64,000 bases of DNA from an uncultured Chloroflexia bacterium. Lineage in GTDB: Bacteria; Chloroflexota; Limnocylindria; Limnocylindrales; CSP1-4. The translations under genes were made by a program, and so were the position numbers. The notes beneath the pieces were generated by a model. The model saw only the letters and a list, made by a program, of their open reading frames with translations. It did not search any database and was not told where the DNA came from. This document shows positions 9,426-19,955 of this stretch, piece after piece; within the stretch, counting starts at the first letter, position 1, and each line of letters begins with the position of its first letter. Location of the stretch: positions 211,911 to 275,910 of the forward strand of contig CAVTWU010000017.1 in the NCBI GenBank assembly GCA_963738475.1, in the 5' to 3' direction.

Positions 9426-10959
9426 CTAGTCCATCCCGAGGTGGTAGCCCATCCGCTTCGGGAGGCGCGTGACCTCGCGCAGGATCGGGTTGACCGGCCG
9501 CTCCTGCTCCTCGAGCTGCTCGCGCCGGACGATCGCCTCGCGGACGACCCGGGCGCCGACGTACCGGAACGGCTCCGGCGGGAACGCCCGCGGCACGCAC
9601 GCCCGACCAGCGGCAGGGCCAGGGCCGGGTCCTCCGACGCCTCCACGGCCAGGGCCGCCAGGATCCGCCCGCCCACGACGGACGGCGCGACCCCGTTCCC
9701 CGAGTACCCGTGCCCGTAGTGGATCGGGCGGCCCGGGACGGACGCGAAGGCCGGGAGGTGGTCCGCGGTGATGTCGATCGGACCGCCCCAGGCGTCCTCG
9801 ATGCGGACGTCGCGCAGCGACGGGAAGAGGCGCCGCAGCCCGGCCGCGGCGCGGGCCGTGGACTGGGCATCGTCCGTGAACGCGGGCCCGATGCGACCGC
9901 CGAACCCGGCGCGGCCCCCGCCACCGCCGATCGCGATCCGGCCGTCCGGCGTCGTCCGCAGGTAGTGCAGCGTGAACCGGGCATCGGCCAGGCCCTCGCC
10001 GCCGGTCCAGCCGATGTCGGCGAGGCGGTCCGGGATCGGTTCGGTCAGGACGATGTAGCTGGACCACGTCACGAGCCGACGTCCGAACGACGGCCACGCC
10101 GCCGCCCAGGCATTGAGCGCGACGACCGCCGAGCCCGCCGTGACCTGCCCGTCGCCAGCCGCCGAGGTCGTCCGGACGCGGACCGGGCGCAGCGGCCACG
10201 ACCGGCTCGACCCGCCGGCGCCCGACGCGCACCCGCACCCACCCCGCCGAGCCAGCCGGGACGCTCCCCGTCGAGCTCCGTCGACGGTCGTGCCCTCGTG
10301 GATCTCGACGCCACGCTCCAGGACGACCCGCCGAAGGCCGCGCGCCAGCACCGCCGGCTGGACGGTCGCGGCACCCGGCATGAACGCCCCGGCGCGCAAC
10401 ACCGGCGACGCCACCCGCGCCGATACCTCCGTCGGGCGACAGCGCCACCAGCCGGTCCGGCTCCCCGACCGCCCGGCACGCCTCGACCGCCTCGACCCAG
10501 CCGTCGTCCTGGGCCGGCGCGGCGCTGGCCGAGATCGAACCGGCCTTTCGGTACCAGGCGTCCACCCCGTGCTCGGCGGACCACGACCCGAGCGCGTCCA
10601 CCGCGTCGTCCATGGCCCGGCACGATCGCCACGGCCCCGGCCTCCCCGTGCCGCTCGATCAGCGTCGGCAGCTCATCCCACCAGCCGGTGGCGAACCCGC
10701 CGTTCCGCCCGGATGGCCCGCCGCCGCAGATGTCCGACTCCAGCAGCACGATCCGGGCACTCGGGGCGATCTCCGTCAGGCGATACGCCGTCCACAGCCC
10801 GGTGTAGCCGCCCCCGAGGATGACGACGTCGGCCGTGGTCGAGCCGCGCAACGGCGGCGCGGCACCGGCCAGGTGCGGCGCGACAGCCGCCTCGGCGGCC
10901 AGCGCCTCGCGCAGCCACCACGACCGCCGCTGCCCGCTCGGCCGGATGCCGCCCAGCAC
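9426..10959 (-). CDS. FAD-dependent oxidoreductase (DAO / glycine-D-amino-acid oxidase-like, about 510 aa). At least 4 frame changes.
   Basis: Pieces:
- ADVVILGGGYTGLWTAYRLTEIAPSARIVLLESDICGGGPSGRNGGF (Rossmann FAD motif)
- VVALNAWAAAWPSFGRRLVTWSSYIVLTEPIP
- HYLRTTPDGRIAIGGGG
- GGPIDITADHLPAF
- IHYGHGYSGNGVAPS
- tail PFRYVGARVVREAIVRREQLEEQ...GYHLGMD

GTG start at 10959 follows a GGGAGG. Confidence 0.8.
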
Positions 10960-10964
10960 GACGG

Positions 10965-12040
10965 TCAGTCGCCTCCCGGCAGCAGGTCCGTCCGGACGAC
11001 GTCCTCGACGACGACCGGGTTCGGGACGAGCCCGAGCGTCGTCAGGTAGTCGATCGAGGCGATCCAGCCGTCCTGGTCGATGGCGCCCAGGCCGAACTCC
11101 GCCTGGACCGGCCCCTCCCACGAGTCGATGGTGGCCTCCAGCACGGCGAGCTGGCCGGCGCGATCGGCCGCCAGCTCGGGCACGGCCGCGATCGCCGCAT
11201 CCAGGCCCGCCTCCGGGTTCGCCTTGATCTCCTCCATCGCCTGGAGGGTAGCGGCGACGAACGCCGAGATGGCGTCGTGTTTCGTCTCGAGCGCCGCGGT
11301 GCCGGCGATCAGGCCCGGGCCCGGGCAGCGGCGTGATGTCGTCGATGCGCAGGATCGTGGCCGGGTCGCCGCCGAGCTCGAGCTGGACCGGCTCGTTGTT
11401 CGAGAAGCCGGTCGCGGCGTCCACCGCGCCCTGCTCGACGGCGATGCGCTGGGTGAAGTCCGGGTATTCGACGATCTCGACGTCGTCGGTCGTCAGGTCC
11501 GCGGAGCCCAGCAGGGCCTGCAGCATGATCCAGCCCGAGCCGTAGCGACCCGGCGTGCCGATCTTGCGGCCCTTGAGGTCCGCCGCGGTCTTGATCCCGG
11601 TCGACGTCCTTGGCGAAGACGACGTTCGGGAACTTGCCGTAGATCGTCGCGATGTACTGGATCGGGATGGCCTGGCTGACCGCCGGGATGACGCTCGTGC
11701 CGTCGCGAGATGCCGACGTCGATGCTGCCCGCGCCGACGAGCGCGACGAGGTCCGGATCGATCTTGTTCTGGAACGTGACCGTCAGGCCGGCCGCCTCGT
11801 ACAGACCCTCCTGCTCGGCGAGGTAGAACGGCGCGAACTGGACGCTCGGGATGTAGCCGAGGCCGACGGTCAGCGCGACGGGCTCGAGGCTCGGCTCGTT
11901 GCTGACGTCGTCGGACGGCGCGGCGCTCGGGGCGGCGACTGCCGGGCGACGCGACGGACGCCGCGCCGCCGCCGCACGCGGCGACGACGAAGGCGACGAG
12001 CGAGACCGAAGACGGCGAAGCGGGAACGCGATGACGACAC
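10965..12040 (-). CDS. ABC transporter substrate-binding lipoprotein, NMT1/THI5-like (NitT/TauT family). At least 4 frame changes.
   Basis: GTG at 12040 follows GGAGG. The signal peptide and lipobox are reconstructed as [24 protein letters not shown]. Further pieces:
- [58 protein letters not shown]
- [27 protein letters not shown]
- tail in ORF 10965..11237. Confidence 0.8.
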
Positions 12041-12084
12041 GAGGACCTCCAGGCGGTGATGGGTGACGAGGGTGGGACGACGGG

Positions 12085-12856
12085 TCATCGAACGCCGACG
12101 AGCTGGCGCTCGACGAGGACGACGGCGAGGTACAGGACGATGCCCATGAGGGCGAGCGTGAGCAGCGCGGCGAACATGAGCGGGATATCGAACAGCGAGC
12201 CGCGCGCGAGGTTGATGAGGACGCCGAGCCCACGTTCGGCGCCGGCCCACTCCCCGACGACCGCGCCGACCACGGCGAGGGTCACGCCGACGCGCATCCC
12301 GCCGAGGATGTTCGGGCAGGGCGGCCGGGATCTCGAGGGTCGTGAGGACCTGGCGGGGCGTCGCCCGCAGGCTCCGGCCGAGCTCGAGCAGGCGCGGATC
12401 CACGGACCGGATGCCGACCATCGTCGAGATGGCGACCGGGAAGAACACGATCAGCGAGCAGATGACGACCTTGCTGACGCAGGCCCGGCCCGAACCACAG
12501 GGCCAGCAGCGGGGCGATGGCCAGGATCGGGACCGCCTGGGCGGCGACGAGGTACGGCGACGCGAGCCGCTCCACGAGCGCGCTGCGCGCGAGCACGTAG
12601 CCGATGACGAGCCCGGCGGTCGGCCCCGACGGCGAACCCGAGCGCGACCTCCGCGAGCGTCGTGACGAAGTGCGGCCAGAGGATGCCGTCGCGCGATCGC
12701 GCCGACGAACCGCCCGAAGACGGCCTCCGGCGTCGGCAGGATGAACGGCGGGTAGCCACCGATGAACACGATCGCGCGCCAGACGAGCAGGAAGACGACG
12801 AGCGCGCCGAGGACGGTCAGGACGCTGGAGCGGGTCACGAGGCGGTCCTGGGTCAT
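12085..12856 (-). CDS. ABC transporter permease (NitT/TauT family, binding-protein-dependent inner membrane component). At least 3 frame changes.
   Basis: Pieces:
- [47 protein letters not shown]
- [20 protein letters not shown]
- [26 protein letters not shown]
- [53 protein letters not shown]
- ORF 12085..12297 as the tail

ATGA overlap with the ATPase stop. Confidence 0.8.
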
Positions 12857-13634
12857 GCCGCGACCTCCAGGTGCTCGCGGACCCGGGCCATCGTCGCGGT
12901 GGCGGCCGGCGTGTCCATCTGGGCCAGGGTCCGCGGCCGCGGCAGGTCGACCGCGATCTCCGCGGCGATCCGACCCGGACGCGGCGACATGACGACGACG
13001 CGGTCCGCGACGAGCACCGCCTCGGGGATGCTGTGGGTGACCATGACGATCGTCGTCTCGGCGCTGGTCCCAGAGCCGCAGGAGCTCGAGGTCGAACCGT
13101 TCGCGGGTCATCGCATCGAGCGCGCTGAACGGCTCGTCGAGCAGCAGCACCTCGGGCGAGAGCGCCAGCGCCCGGGCGAGCGCGACGCGCTGGCGGGTGC
13201 CGCCGGACAGCTCGGACGGTCGCGCGGTGACGGCGGACGCGTCGAGCTGCACGAGGTCGATCAGCTCGGCCAGGCGGGCGGCGCGGCGGTCGGCGGGCCA
13301 GCCGTCGAGCTCGAGCGGGTACGTGATGTTGTCCGCGCTCGTCCGCCATGGCAGCAGGCGCGGCTCCTGGAAGACGAGGCCGATGCGCGGCGTCCGGTCC
13401 GGTGATCGGGGCGCCGTCCAGCGCGGCTGCCCCGGCCGCCGGCGTCAGCAGCCCGGCGATGACCCGCAGGAGCGTGGACTTGCCGCAGCCGTTCGGGCCG
13501 ATGAGCGCGACGACCTCGCCGCTCGCGATCGCCAGGTCCACGCCGTCGAGGGCGACCAGCGGCCCGTCCTCGCGCGTCGGGAACGTCGACACCGACGCCG
13601 GTCAGCGCGATGGCGCCGCGGGTGCCGTGGTCAT
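12853..13634 (-). CDS. ABC transporter ATP-binding protein (NitT/TauT family). At least 4 frame changes.
   Basis: Pieces:
- Walker [12 protein letters not shown]
- [12 protein letters not shown]
- signature [32 protein letters not shown]
- [28 protein letters not shown]

ATG at 13634 overlaps the kinase stop (ATGA). Confidence 0.85.
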
Positions 13635-15097
13635 GCCGACGGCCCCGAGAGCGGCCGCAGGATCGGGGCCGTCGCCGGATAGAGCGCCACGTACGCCTCG
13701 AACAGGCGCGTCGTAGGTCGGCGCGAGCTCGGCGTTCGGCTCGAGTCGATGGTCGATGCGAGTCATCGCGGCGATCGCGGCCGGCAGATCCGGGTAGGCC
13801 TCGATGGCGCAGGCGCCCAGGATCGCGCTCCCGACGACGGCCGTCTCGAGGACGCCGGGGACCGCGACCGAGAACCCGGTCACGTCCGCCTTGATCTGGT
13901 TCCAGACGGCGCTCCGGGCCGGGCCGCCGCAGACCCGCATCTCGCGGACCTGGACGCCGGCCGCCAGCATCGGCGTGGCCACGTGGCGGATCGCCAGGGC
14001 GGAGGCCTCGAGGATGGCCCGCGCGAGATGGCCGCGACCGTGCGCGAGGGTCAGGCCGGCGAAGACGCCACGAGCCTCCGGGTCCCAGATCGGCGACCGC
14101 TCGCCCGCGAGGTACGGCAGGAAGACGAGGCCATCGGCGCCGGGCGGGGTGGCGGCCGCTTCGGCCAGGAGGGCGTCGGTGGAGATCGTGTCGCCCAGGA
14201 TCGCGTCGCGGTACCAATCGAGCGCCCGGCCCGTGGCGGCCATCGCGGCGCCGACGCTGTAGTGGCCCGGCGAGCGGCGCGGGCGTCACGAACCCGCCCG
14301 GGACCTCGACCGGGCGATCCCAGTAGACCCCGAACCCGCCCGCGGATCCGCCCGGGTCGTAGGCGTCGCCGGCGCGCAGGAGGCCGGCCCCGTGGTAGCT
14401 CGCGAACGCGTCGACCGTGCCGCCCGCCACCGGGATGCCGGCCTGGAGCCCGAGGGCGTCGGCCGCCGCGCCGGTCAGCCGGCCGACCAGCGACCCGGTC
14501 TCGCCGATCCCGGGGAGCCGATCCGCGGGGATGCCCGCCGCCGCCACGAGCGCCGGGTCCGGGACGAGCTGGTTCGGGGTGAGCGGCGCGACGGCCTCGC
14601 CGGTCAGGCGGAACGCGAGCCACTCCCAGGTCGCGAGGTACCAGCGCGTCGCCTCGGCGGCGGCCGGATCGTGGCGCTCCACCCAGAGCGCGGCGGGCAG
14701 GCCGGCGAGCGCCCAGCCGCGGACGCCGGTCGCCTCGGCGAGTTCGTCCGCCTCGGCGATCGAGCGGGTGTCCATCCAGGTGATCGCGGATCGGGTCGCC
14801 TCGCCGCGGCCGTCGACGGCGACGAGCGTCGGGCCGTGGCCGTCCACGCCGATGGCGACGACCTCGCGCGACCTCGTTGACGCGCAGGGCCCGGACGGCC
14901 GAGACGACCGCGGACCACCAGGCGCCCGGATCCTGCTCCGCCCAGCCGGGGTGCCGGCCGACGTCCAGGGCATAGCCGGAGCGCGCGAGCGCCAGCAACT
15001 CCCCGTCGAGCGTCACGAGGCCGGCCTTGACCTCGGTCGTGCCGAGGTCGATGCCCAGGATCGCCGCGGGACGCGTGGCGCGGACGGTCCGGCTCAT
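13631..15097 (-). CDS. FGGY family carbohydrate kinase (xylulokinase-like). At least 3 frame changes.
   Basis: Pieces:
- MSRTVRATRPAAILGIDLGTTEVKAGLVTLDG
- GWAEQDPGAWW
- VVAIGVDGHGPTLVAVD
- ITWMDTRS
- GIPVAGGTVDAFASYHGAG
- LVFLPYLAGERSPIWDPEARGVFAGLTLAHGRGHLARAILEASALAIR
- MRVCGGPARSAVWNQIKADVTG

ATGA overlap with the SorC stop at 15094-15097. Confidence 0.85.
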
Positions 15098-16030
15098 GGC
15101 GCGAGCGTCTCGGCATCGAGCGCGACGACGGCCTCCGCGGTCGCGACGTCCGTGACGAGCGTCCGGACGACGCCGGCGCGCAGGGCGCCCAGGATCGCCT
15201 TGACCTTGGTCTCGCCCGAGGCGACGCCGATGGCGACCGGCACGCGCCCGAGCGCTCGCGCATCGAAGGCGATCACCCGCTCGCGCATGGCCGGGCAGAC
15301 GAACCGGCCGTCGAGGTCGAACGGGGCGATGAGGACCTCGCCGACGGCGTCGGCCGACTCGAGCTGGCGCTCCGTCTCCGCGCCGACCGCCGACACGCTC
15401 CACGACGGTCCGCCGATCCCGAACAGGACGACGTCGAGCCGATCCCACAGGTCCACGACCGCGCGAACGCCGGCGTGGGCGACGAGGGCCGTCCGGGTCG
15501 CGGCGTCGTCGACCAGGCCGGGCGCCATCAGGCCGTGCGGCTGGGCGCCGAGCGCCTCGGCGATGCGCCGATACGGTTCGCGCTCCGGGCCGGTGGACCA
15601 GTGGCCGCCGCACAGCGGCAGGACCGTGGCCGCGATCGGACTGGCCGTCTCCTCGAGGGCATCCGCGGCCGCCGACACGGACGCGCCATCCCCCACCCCG
15701 ATGATCGACGCCGTCGCGGACCGTCGGGCGAAGGACCTGGGCCGCGAGCCGCCCGACCATGCGACGGGTCAGGTCCTCGGGACCGGCGATCGTCGGGGCG
15801 AGGTGGACCGCATCCAGGCCGTAGCTGCGTCGGAGCGCCTCGCCCGCCGGGCTGGTGGCCGTCGTCGAATCGACGATCCGGATCTCCACGATGCCCTCGG
15901 CCCGGGCGCGCTTCAGGAGGCGCGACACCTGCGGGCGGGTGACGCCCATCAGCTCGGCGATGGCGTTCTGCGTCTCACCCAGCTCGTAGTACAGCCGACT
16001 GACCCGAACGAGCTGCTCGAAGTCGCTCAC
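15094..16030 (-). CDS. SorC/DeoR-type sugar-binding transcriptional regulator. One frameshift near 15700.
   Basis: N-terminal HTH: MSDFEQLVRVSRLYYELGETQNAIAELMGVTRPQVSRLLKRARAEGIVEIRI. C-terminal sugar-binding domain in ORF 15094..15696: VLFGIGGPSW, VAIGVASGETKVKAILGALRAGVV. Confidence 0.85.
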
Positions 16031-16056
16031 GGGCGCTCGTCGGCGGTCGGTACGTT

Positions 16057-16080
16057 TGTACGATACAGATGTGCATGCAC
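16057..16080. promoter_or_regulatory. Candidate operator and promoter upstream of the SorC-kinase-ABC operon.
   Basis: Perfect 10-bp palindrome GTGCATGCAC (16071-16080) and TGTA-CGA-TACA (16057-16067) lie in an AT-richer gap. On the minus strand there is a TATCGT -10-like hexamer about 29 nt upstream of the GTG at 16030. Confidence 0.3.
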
Positions 16081-16136
16081 GGTCTCGGCATCATCCGGCC
16101 GAGGTCACGCTCCTGTCAAGGTGCCCGAACTCTCAG

Positions 16137-16530
16137 CTACGGGTTCGCCAGAAGCGCGGCGATGTGCTGGGGAAGCGGCCCCTCCCACGGCGCCACCTGG
16201 TCCGGGCGATCTCGGCCCAGCACGCTGAGCAGCAGCGGCGACCCGCCGGCGGCCGGGACGAGCGCGACGACCGCGTCGAACTGGAACTGGCGGTCGCACT
16301 CGGCGTTCGGCGGACACGTGTCCGCGACGATGATCAGCGAGGCGGCGGCCAGGTCGGCGGGATAGCTCGCCTCGACGACGGTGAGCATCGCCCGGCACAC
16401 GTCGTCGGTGACGCCGATACAGCGGATCTCCGGCTGCGCCTGCGCCGGCACCGATGGATCGGGCGGGGTGGCTGCGCACCCGGCGAGCAGCAGTGACGCG
16501 GCGATGACGAGGGCTCGGATGGAGATGACA
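16137..16530 (-). CDS. Small lipoprotein with two Cys pairs, hypothetical. The start codon is uncertain.
   Basis: ISIRALVIAASLLLAGCAATPPDPS (lipobox LAGC), then EIRCIGVTDDVCRAMLTVVEASYPADL...IVADTCPPNAECDRQFQFDAVVALVPAAGG. No clean in-frame start codon next to the signal peptide. GTGATG at about 16528 lies in a neighbouring frame. Confidence 0.55.
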
Positions 16531-16689
16531 TCACCTCGTGATCGGGGAGTTCGCCGAGCATGACGGAGAGCTCGCCACCGGTGGACGTCGGGGACTGTCT
16601 CGAAGTTGCCTGACGTCGGACGGACGGCCACTCGAGCGCATCCCGGCGCCTGTCGACAGAGCGGGTCTGGCGACAGCGCGTCTCGCTGG

Positions 16690-16998
16690 TCAGGGCTGCT
16701 TGAAGATCCGGTGATCGCCGATCCGTCGCCATCGGACGCCGAGCTCGCCATCGATCTGGATCCACTCGAAGGTCGCCCGCCCGTCCGGGCCCGAGAAGCT
16801 CCAGGTCATCTCGAGGACGCCGGGCGCACCCTCGACATCGCGCACCCGGAGGGACGCCGGCCAGGCAACGGCCGGGTCAGCGGCGTAGCGATCGCATGCG
16901 GCCACGAAGGTCACCAGGGCCTTGTTGACGAGGTCCCGATCTCGCTTGGACAGGCGCTTCCGGTCCGACCTGAACGAGTCAGTGATCTCGAACTTCAC
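16690..16998 (-). CDS. Type II toxin, RelE/ParE superfamily-like. Intact.
   Basis: 102 aa: MKFEITDSFRSDRKRLSKRDRDLVNKALVTFVAA...LRVRDVEGAPGVLEMTWSFSGPDGRATFEW...VRWRRIGDHRIFKQP. It has the RelE/ParE-type layout. There is a 4-nt overlap with the upstream antitoxin. It is visibly less GC-rich than its neighbours. Confidence 0.7.
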   Translation of the reverse strand: MKFEITDSFRSDRKRLSKRDRDLVNKALVTFVAACDRYAADPAVAWPASLRVRDVEGAPGVLEMTWSFSGPDGRATFEWIQIDGELGVRWRRIGDHRIFKQP

Positions 16999-17294
16999 GT
17001 CGCCGCGTCATCGGCCGCGAAGAGATCCAGCAGGCCTTCGGCGCCATCGACGACGGTCGTGCGTCCCGCCGCGATGTCGGCGTCGGCCTCTCGCTCCATC
17101 GCCTGCCAGCGCTCCGCCCAGAACCACGCCTGATCCGCGGGCACCGCGACGACCGGGACGAGCTCGATCCGCCCGTCGTCGCGCTCGATGAGTTTGACCT
17201 GGGCATCGGCCTGATCCAGATGCAGCCGACGACGAAGGTCCGCGGGGAGCGCGACGGTGCCACGCGACTGGACCGTCAGGAGGTGCGTCTTCAT
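16995..17294 (-). CDS. AbrB/SpoVT-type antitoxin. Intact.
   Basis: MKTHLLTVQSRGTVALPADLRRRLHLDQADAQVKLIERDDGRIELVPV is a SpoVT-AbrB swapped-hairpin domain. It is followed by an acidic helical tail. An alternative start is at 17306. Confidence 0.75.
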   Translation of the reverse strand: MKTHLLTVQSRGTVALPADLRRRLHLDQADAQVKLIERDDGRIELVPVVAVPADQAWFWAERWQAMEREADADIAAGRTTVVDGAEGLLDLFAADDAAT

Positions 17295-17375
17295 GCATTG
17301 CAGCATAGCGGCAATGCTGCTCGGTCAAGCGCCCAGGGACGGCACGAAACGGGTACGTCGTGCGTCCATGGGTCG

Positions 17376-18491
17376 ATGCGAACGACCGTTGCCCTCGCCG
17401 TCCTCGCCGTCGTTGCTCTTGCCGGGTGCAATGGGGTCGTGCCGACGCCCGCGCCGAGTGGCCCCACTCCGACCCAGGCTGATGCGAGTATCGGCGTTCG
17501 ATGTCCCGAGCGCGGGCTTGACAGCGCGATCGTCCTCGGACCGGTCTTCCAGCAAGAGCTCTTCGAGCGCGACGAGTCACGACTGATCACCGAAGACTTC
17601 ATCGAGCGCCTCGAGGCCTACTACGGCGAGCCCGCCGGGGTCGATCCGTGCTCCCTCTTCACGGGCAGCGGCGTCGACGCCGCCCGGGTCGCGGACCCTC
17701 GATTCCGTGCCGTCGATCGTGGCGAGATCGAGATCGAGGGCGACCTGATCCTGCGTATCGCCTTCGAGGCCGGCGAGTACGACCTGCGCGAACGACCACC
17801 GACGATCCCGATCGATGCCATCTATGACCTCGCGGCTGGCGCGGTGATCCGAGATCGAGCCACGAACGACGTGCGTGTCACGACCGAGGTGGAGCGCATC
17901 GGCCTCCACTACGAGCTGTCATTCGATGGCCACACCTGGCGAGCGGATGACGTCGGACCCGTCAGCCCGGACTACGCCGTGTGGGCCGTGCTGCCCGAAC
18001 CCGTCCTCCCGGGTCCACGGTGCAAGGACCTGCAACGCGATCCGGCGGATGCGCCGTTCGATGAGCTCTCCGGGACGTCGTTCCTTGCGGCGACCGAGGG
18101 ACGACCCTGGTGCGACGCCGATGGCCGAGGACGGCTCATCCAGCAGCCCGAGCAACTCGTCCTGCTCACCCGCTTCCCGTGCGAGCGCGGCCGGGCCGCC
18201 GTCCTGACGCTCGGCCGGCCGCTCGGATCGCGCATCGACCCGCTGGTTCGCTGGGAGTACGTCCGCGATCCCGGCCGGCGAGTTCCTCGTCCAGGGCTGG
18301 CTGACCGCCCCGTACGATGGGCGACAGCACGCTTGCCGGACGATGCTGTCTACACGGGCTGGACCAACGGCAACATCGAGCTGTGGATCAACGACGCCGA
18401 GCTGGACGAGGCGATCTACGTCGTTCGCGGCGACACCGTCGAGCGATGGCCGCGGGCCGCCGACCAGTGGGGCGTGACCGACTGCAACTAG
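17376..18491 (+). CDS. Hypothetical lipoprotein (371 aa).
   Basis: MRTTVALAVLAVVALAGCNG lipobox. Single open frame to 18491. The segment at about 18265-18335 reads Arg-rich in frame (PGRRVPRPGLADRPVRW), whereas the +1 frame reads AGEFLVQGWLTAPYDG. That suggests a compensating indel pair. Confidence 0.7.
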   Translation: MRTTVALAVLAVVALAGCNGVVPTPAPSGPTPTQADASIGVRCPERGLDSAIVLGPVFQQELFERDESRLITEDFIERLEAYYGEPAGVDPCSLFTGSGVDAARVADPRFRAVDRGEIEIEGDLILRIAFEAGEYDLRERPPTIPIDAIYDLAAGAVIRDRATNDVRVTTEVERIGLHYELSFDGHTWRADDVGPVSPDYAVWAVLPEPVLPGPRCKDLQRDPADAPFDELSGTSFLAATEGRPWCDADGRGRLIQQPEQLVLLTRFPCERGRAAVLTLGRPLGSRIDPLVRWEYVRDPGRRVPRPGLADRPVRWATARLPDDAVYTGWTNGNIELWINDAELDEAIYVVRGDTVERWPRAADQWGVTDCN

Positions 18492-18510
18492 GCGGTCGAG
18501 CCGGGCTGGC

Positions 18511-19936
18511 CTACTCGTCCGGGAGCACGCGTCCTGGGTTCAGGATCCCCAGCGGATCCAGGGCCGCCTTGATCGAGCGCATGACGCGGACGGCGTCCTC
18601 GCCGCGCTGGCGGACCAGCCAGTCGCGCCGCGCGGTGCCGATGCCGTGCTCGCCGGTCACGCTGCCGCCGAGGTCGATGGCGGTCTGGTAGAGGTCGACG
18701 CGGACGCGCTCGGTCAGTTCGTGGGCCATCGGGTCGCCGCGCTCGAAGACGAGGTCCGGGTGCAGGTTGCCGTCGCCGGCGTGGCCGAAGGCCCCCATCC
18801 GCACGCCGTGCTTGACCCCGATCGCCTCGATCGCCCGGAGCATGTCCGGGACCCGCGCTCGCGGCACCACGATGTCCTCCATGTGGACGTCGCCGATGCG
18901 CTCGAACGCCCAGTGCGCCGCCCGACGGGCCTGGCGCAGCAGGTCCGCCTCCTGCTCGGTCTCGGAGCGGATCGTGGACGTGGCGCCGGCCGCGACGCAG
19001 ACCGCGTCGGCCCGCTCCAGTTCCGCGGCCGCCGCGACCCCCGGCATGTCCGACTCGATCATCAGCATGGCCGCCGCCTCGCGGTCCAGCCCGAGGTGGT
19101 TCATGTCGTCCACGGCGCCGATCGTGAACTTGTCCATGAGCTCCAGCGTCACCGGCGTCAGGCCCGCCGCCGCGATGCCGGCGACCGCCTCCCCCGCCGA
19201 CTCGAGCGACGGGAAGAACGCCAGCAGCGTGGACCGGGGCGGCGGCGCCGGCCGCAGCCGCAGCGTCGCCTCGGTGATGACCGCCAGCGTCCCCTGGCTC
19301 CCGACGATGAGATGCGTCAGCGAGTACCCGGCGACATCCTTGATGTTCCGCCCGCCCGTCCGGATGACGGTCCCGTCCGCCATGACGACCTCGAGCGACA
19401 GCACCGACTCGCGCGTCTGGCCGTACTTCACGCAGCACAGGCCGCCGGCGTTGGTGCCCAGGTTGCCGCCGATCGAGCACATCTCGTAGCTCGCGGGGTC
19501 CGGCGGGTAGAACAGGCCCTCGCGCGGCGACCGCCGCCTTCAGGGTCGCGTTGATGACGCCGGGCTGGACGACGGCGACCAGGTTCGCCGTGTCGATCTC
19601 GAGGATCTTGTCCATCGCGGTGAAGGCGATCGTCAGGCCGCCTTCGATGCCGGTCGCGCCACCGGACAGCCCGGATCCGGCCCCGCGCGGGACGACCGGC
19701 ACGCGGAATTCCGTCGCCAGGCGCAGCAGTTCGGACACCTGGGCCGTCTCCGTCGGCAGCGCGACGGCGCCGGGCAGGCCGGGCGTCAGGTACGCCGTCT
19801 CATCGAACCGGTACGACTCGCGATCGCCCGGGTCGGTCAGCAGCCGCATCCCCGGGAGGCGCGACGCGATGGCCTGGAGGAAGGGGGTGTCGATGGCGAC
19901 GGTGTCGGTCACGGCCGAAGTGTACGGGGCGGTCAT
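18511..19936 (-). CDS. FAD-linked oxidase (GlcD / D-lactate dehydrogenase family). One frameshift near 19490-19520.
   Basis: Pieces:
- PVVPRGAGSGLSGGATGIEGGLTIAF
- LVAVVQPGVINATLKAAV
- FYPPDPASYEMCSIGGNLGTNAGGLCCVKYG
- KDVAGYSLTHLIVGSQGTLAVITEATLRL
- AFGHAGDGNLHP
- GGSVTGEHGIGTAR
- DPLGILNPGRV. Confidence 0.85.
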
Positions 19937-19955
19937 CCGGCGACGCTGGGGTAGC

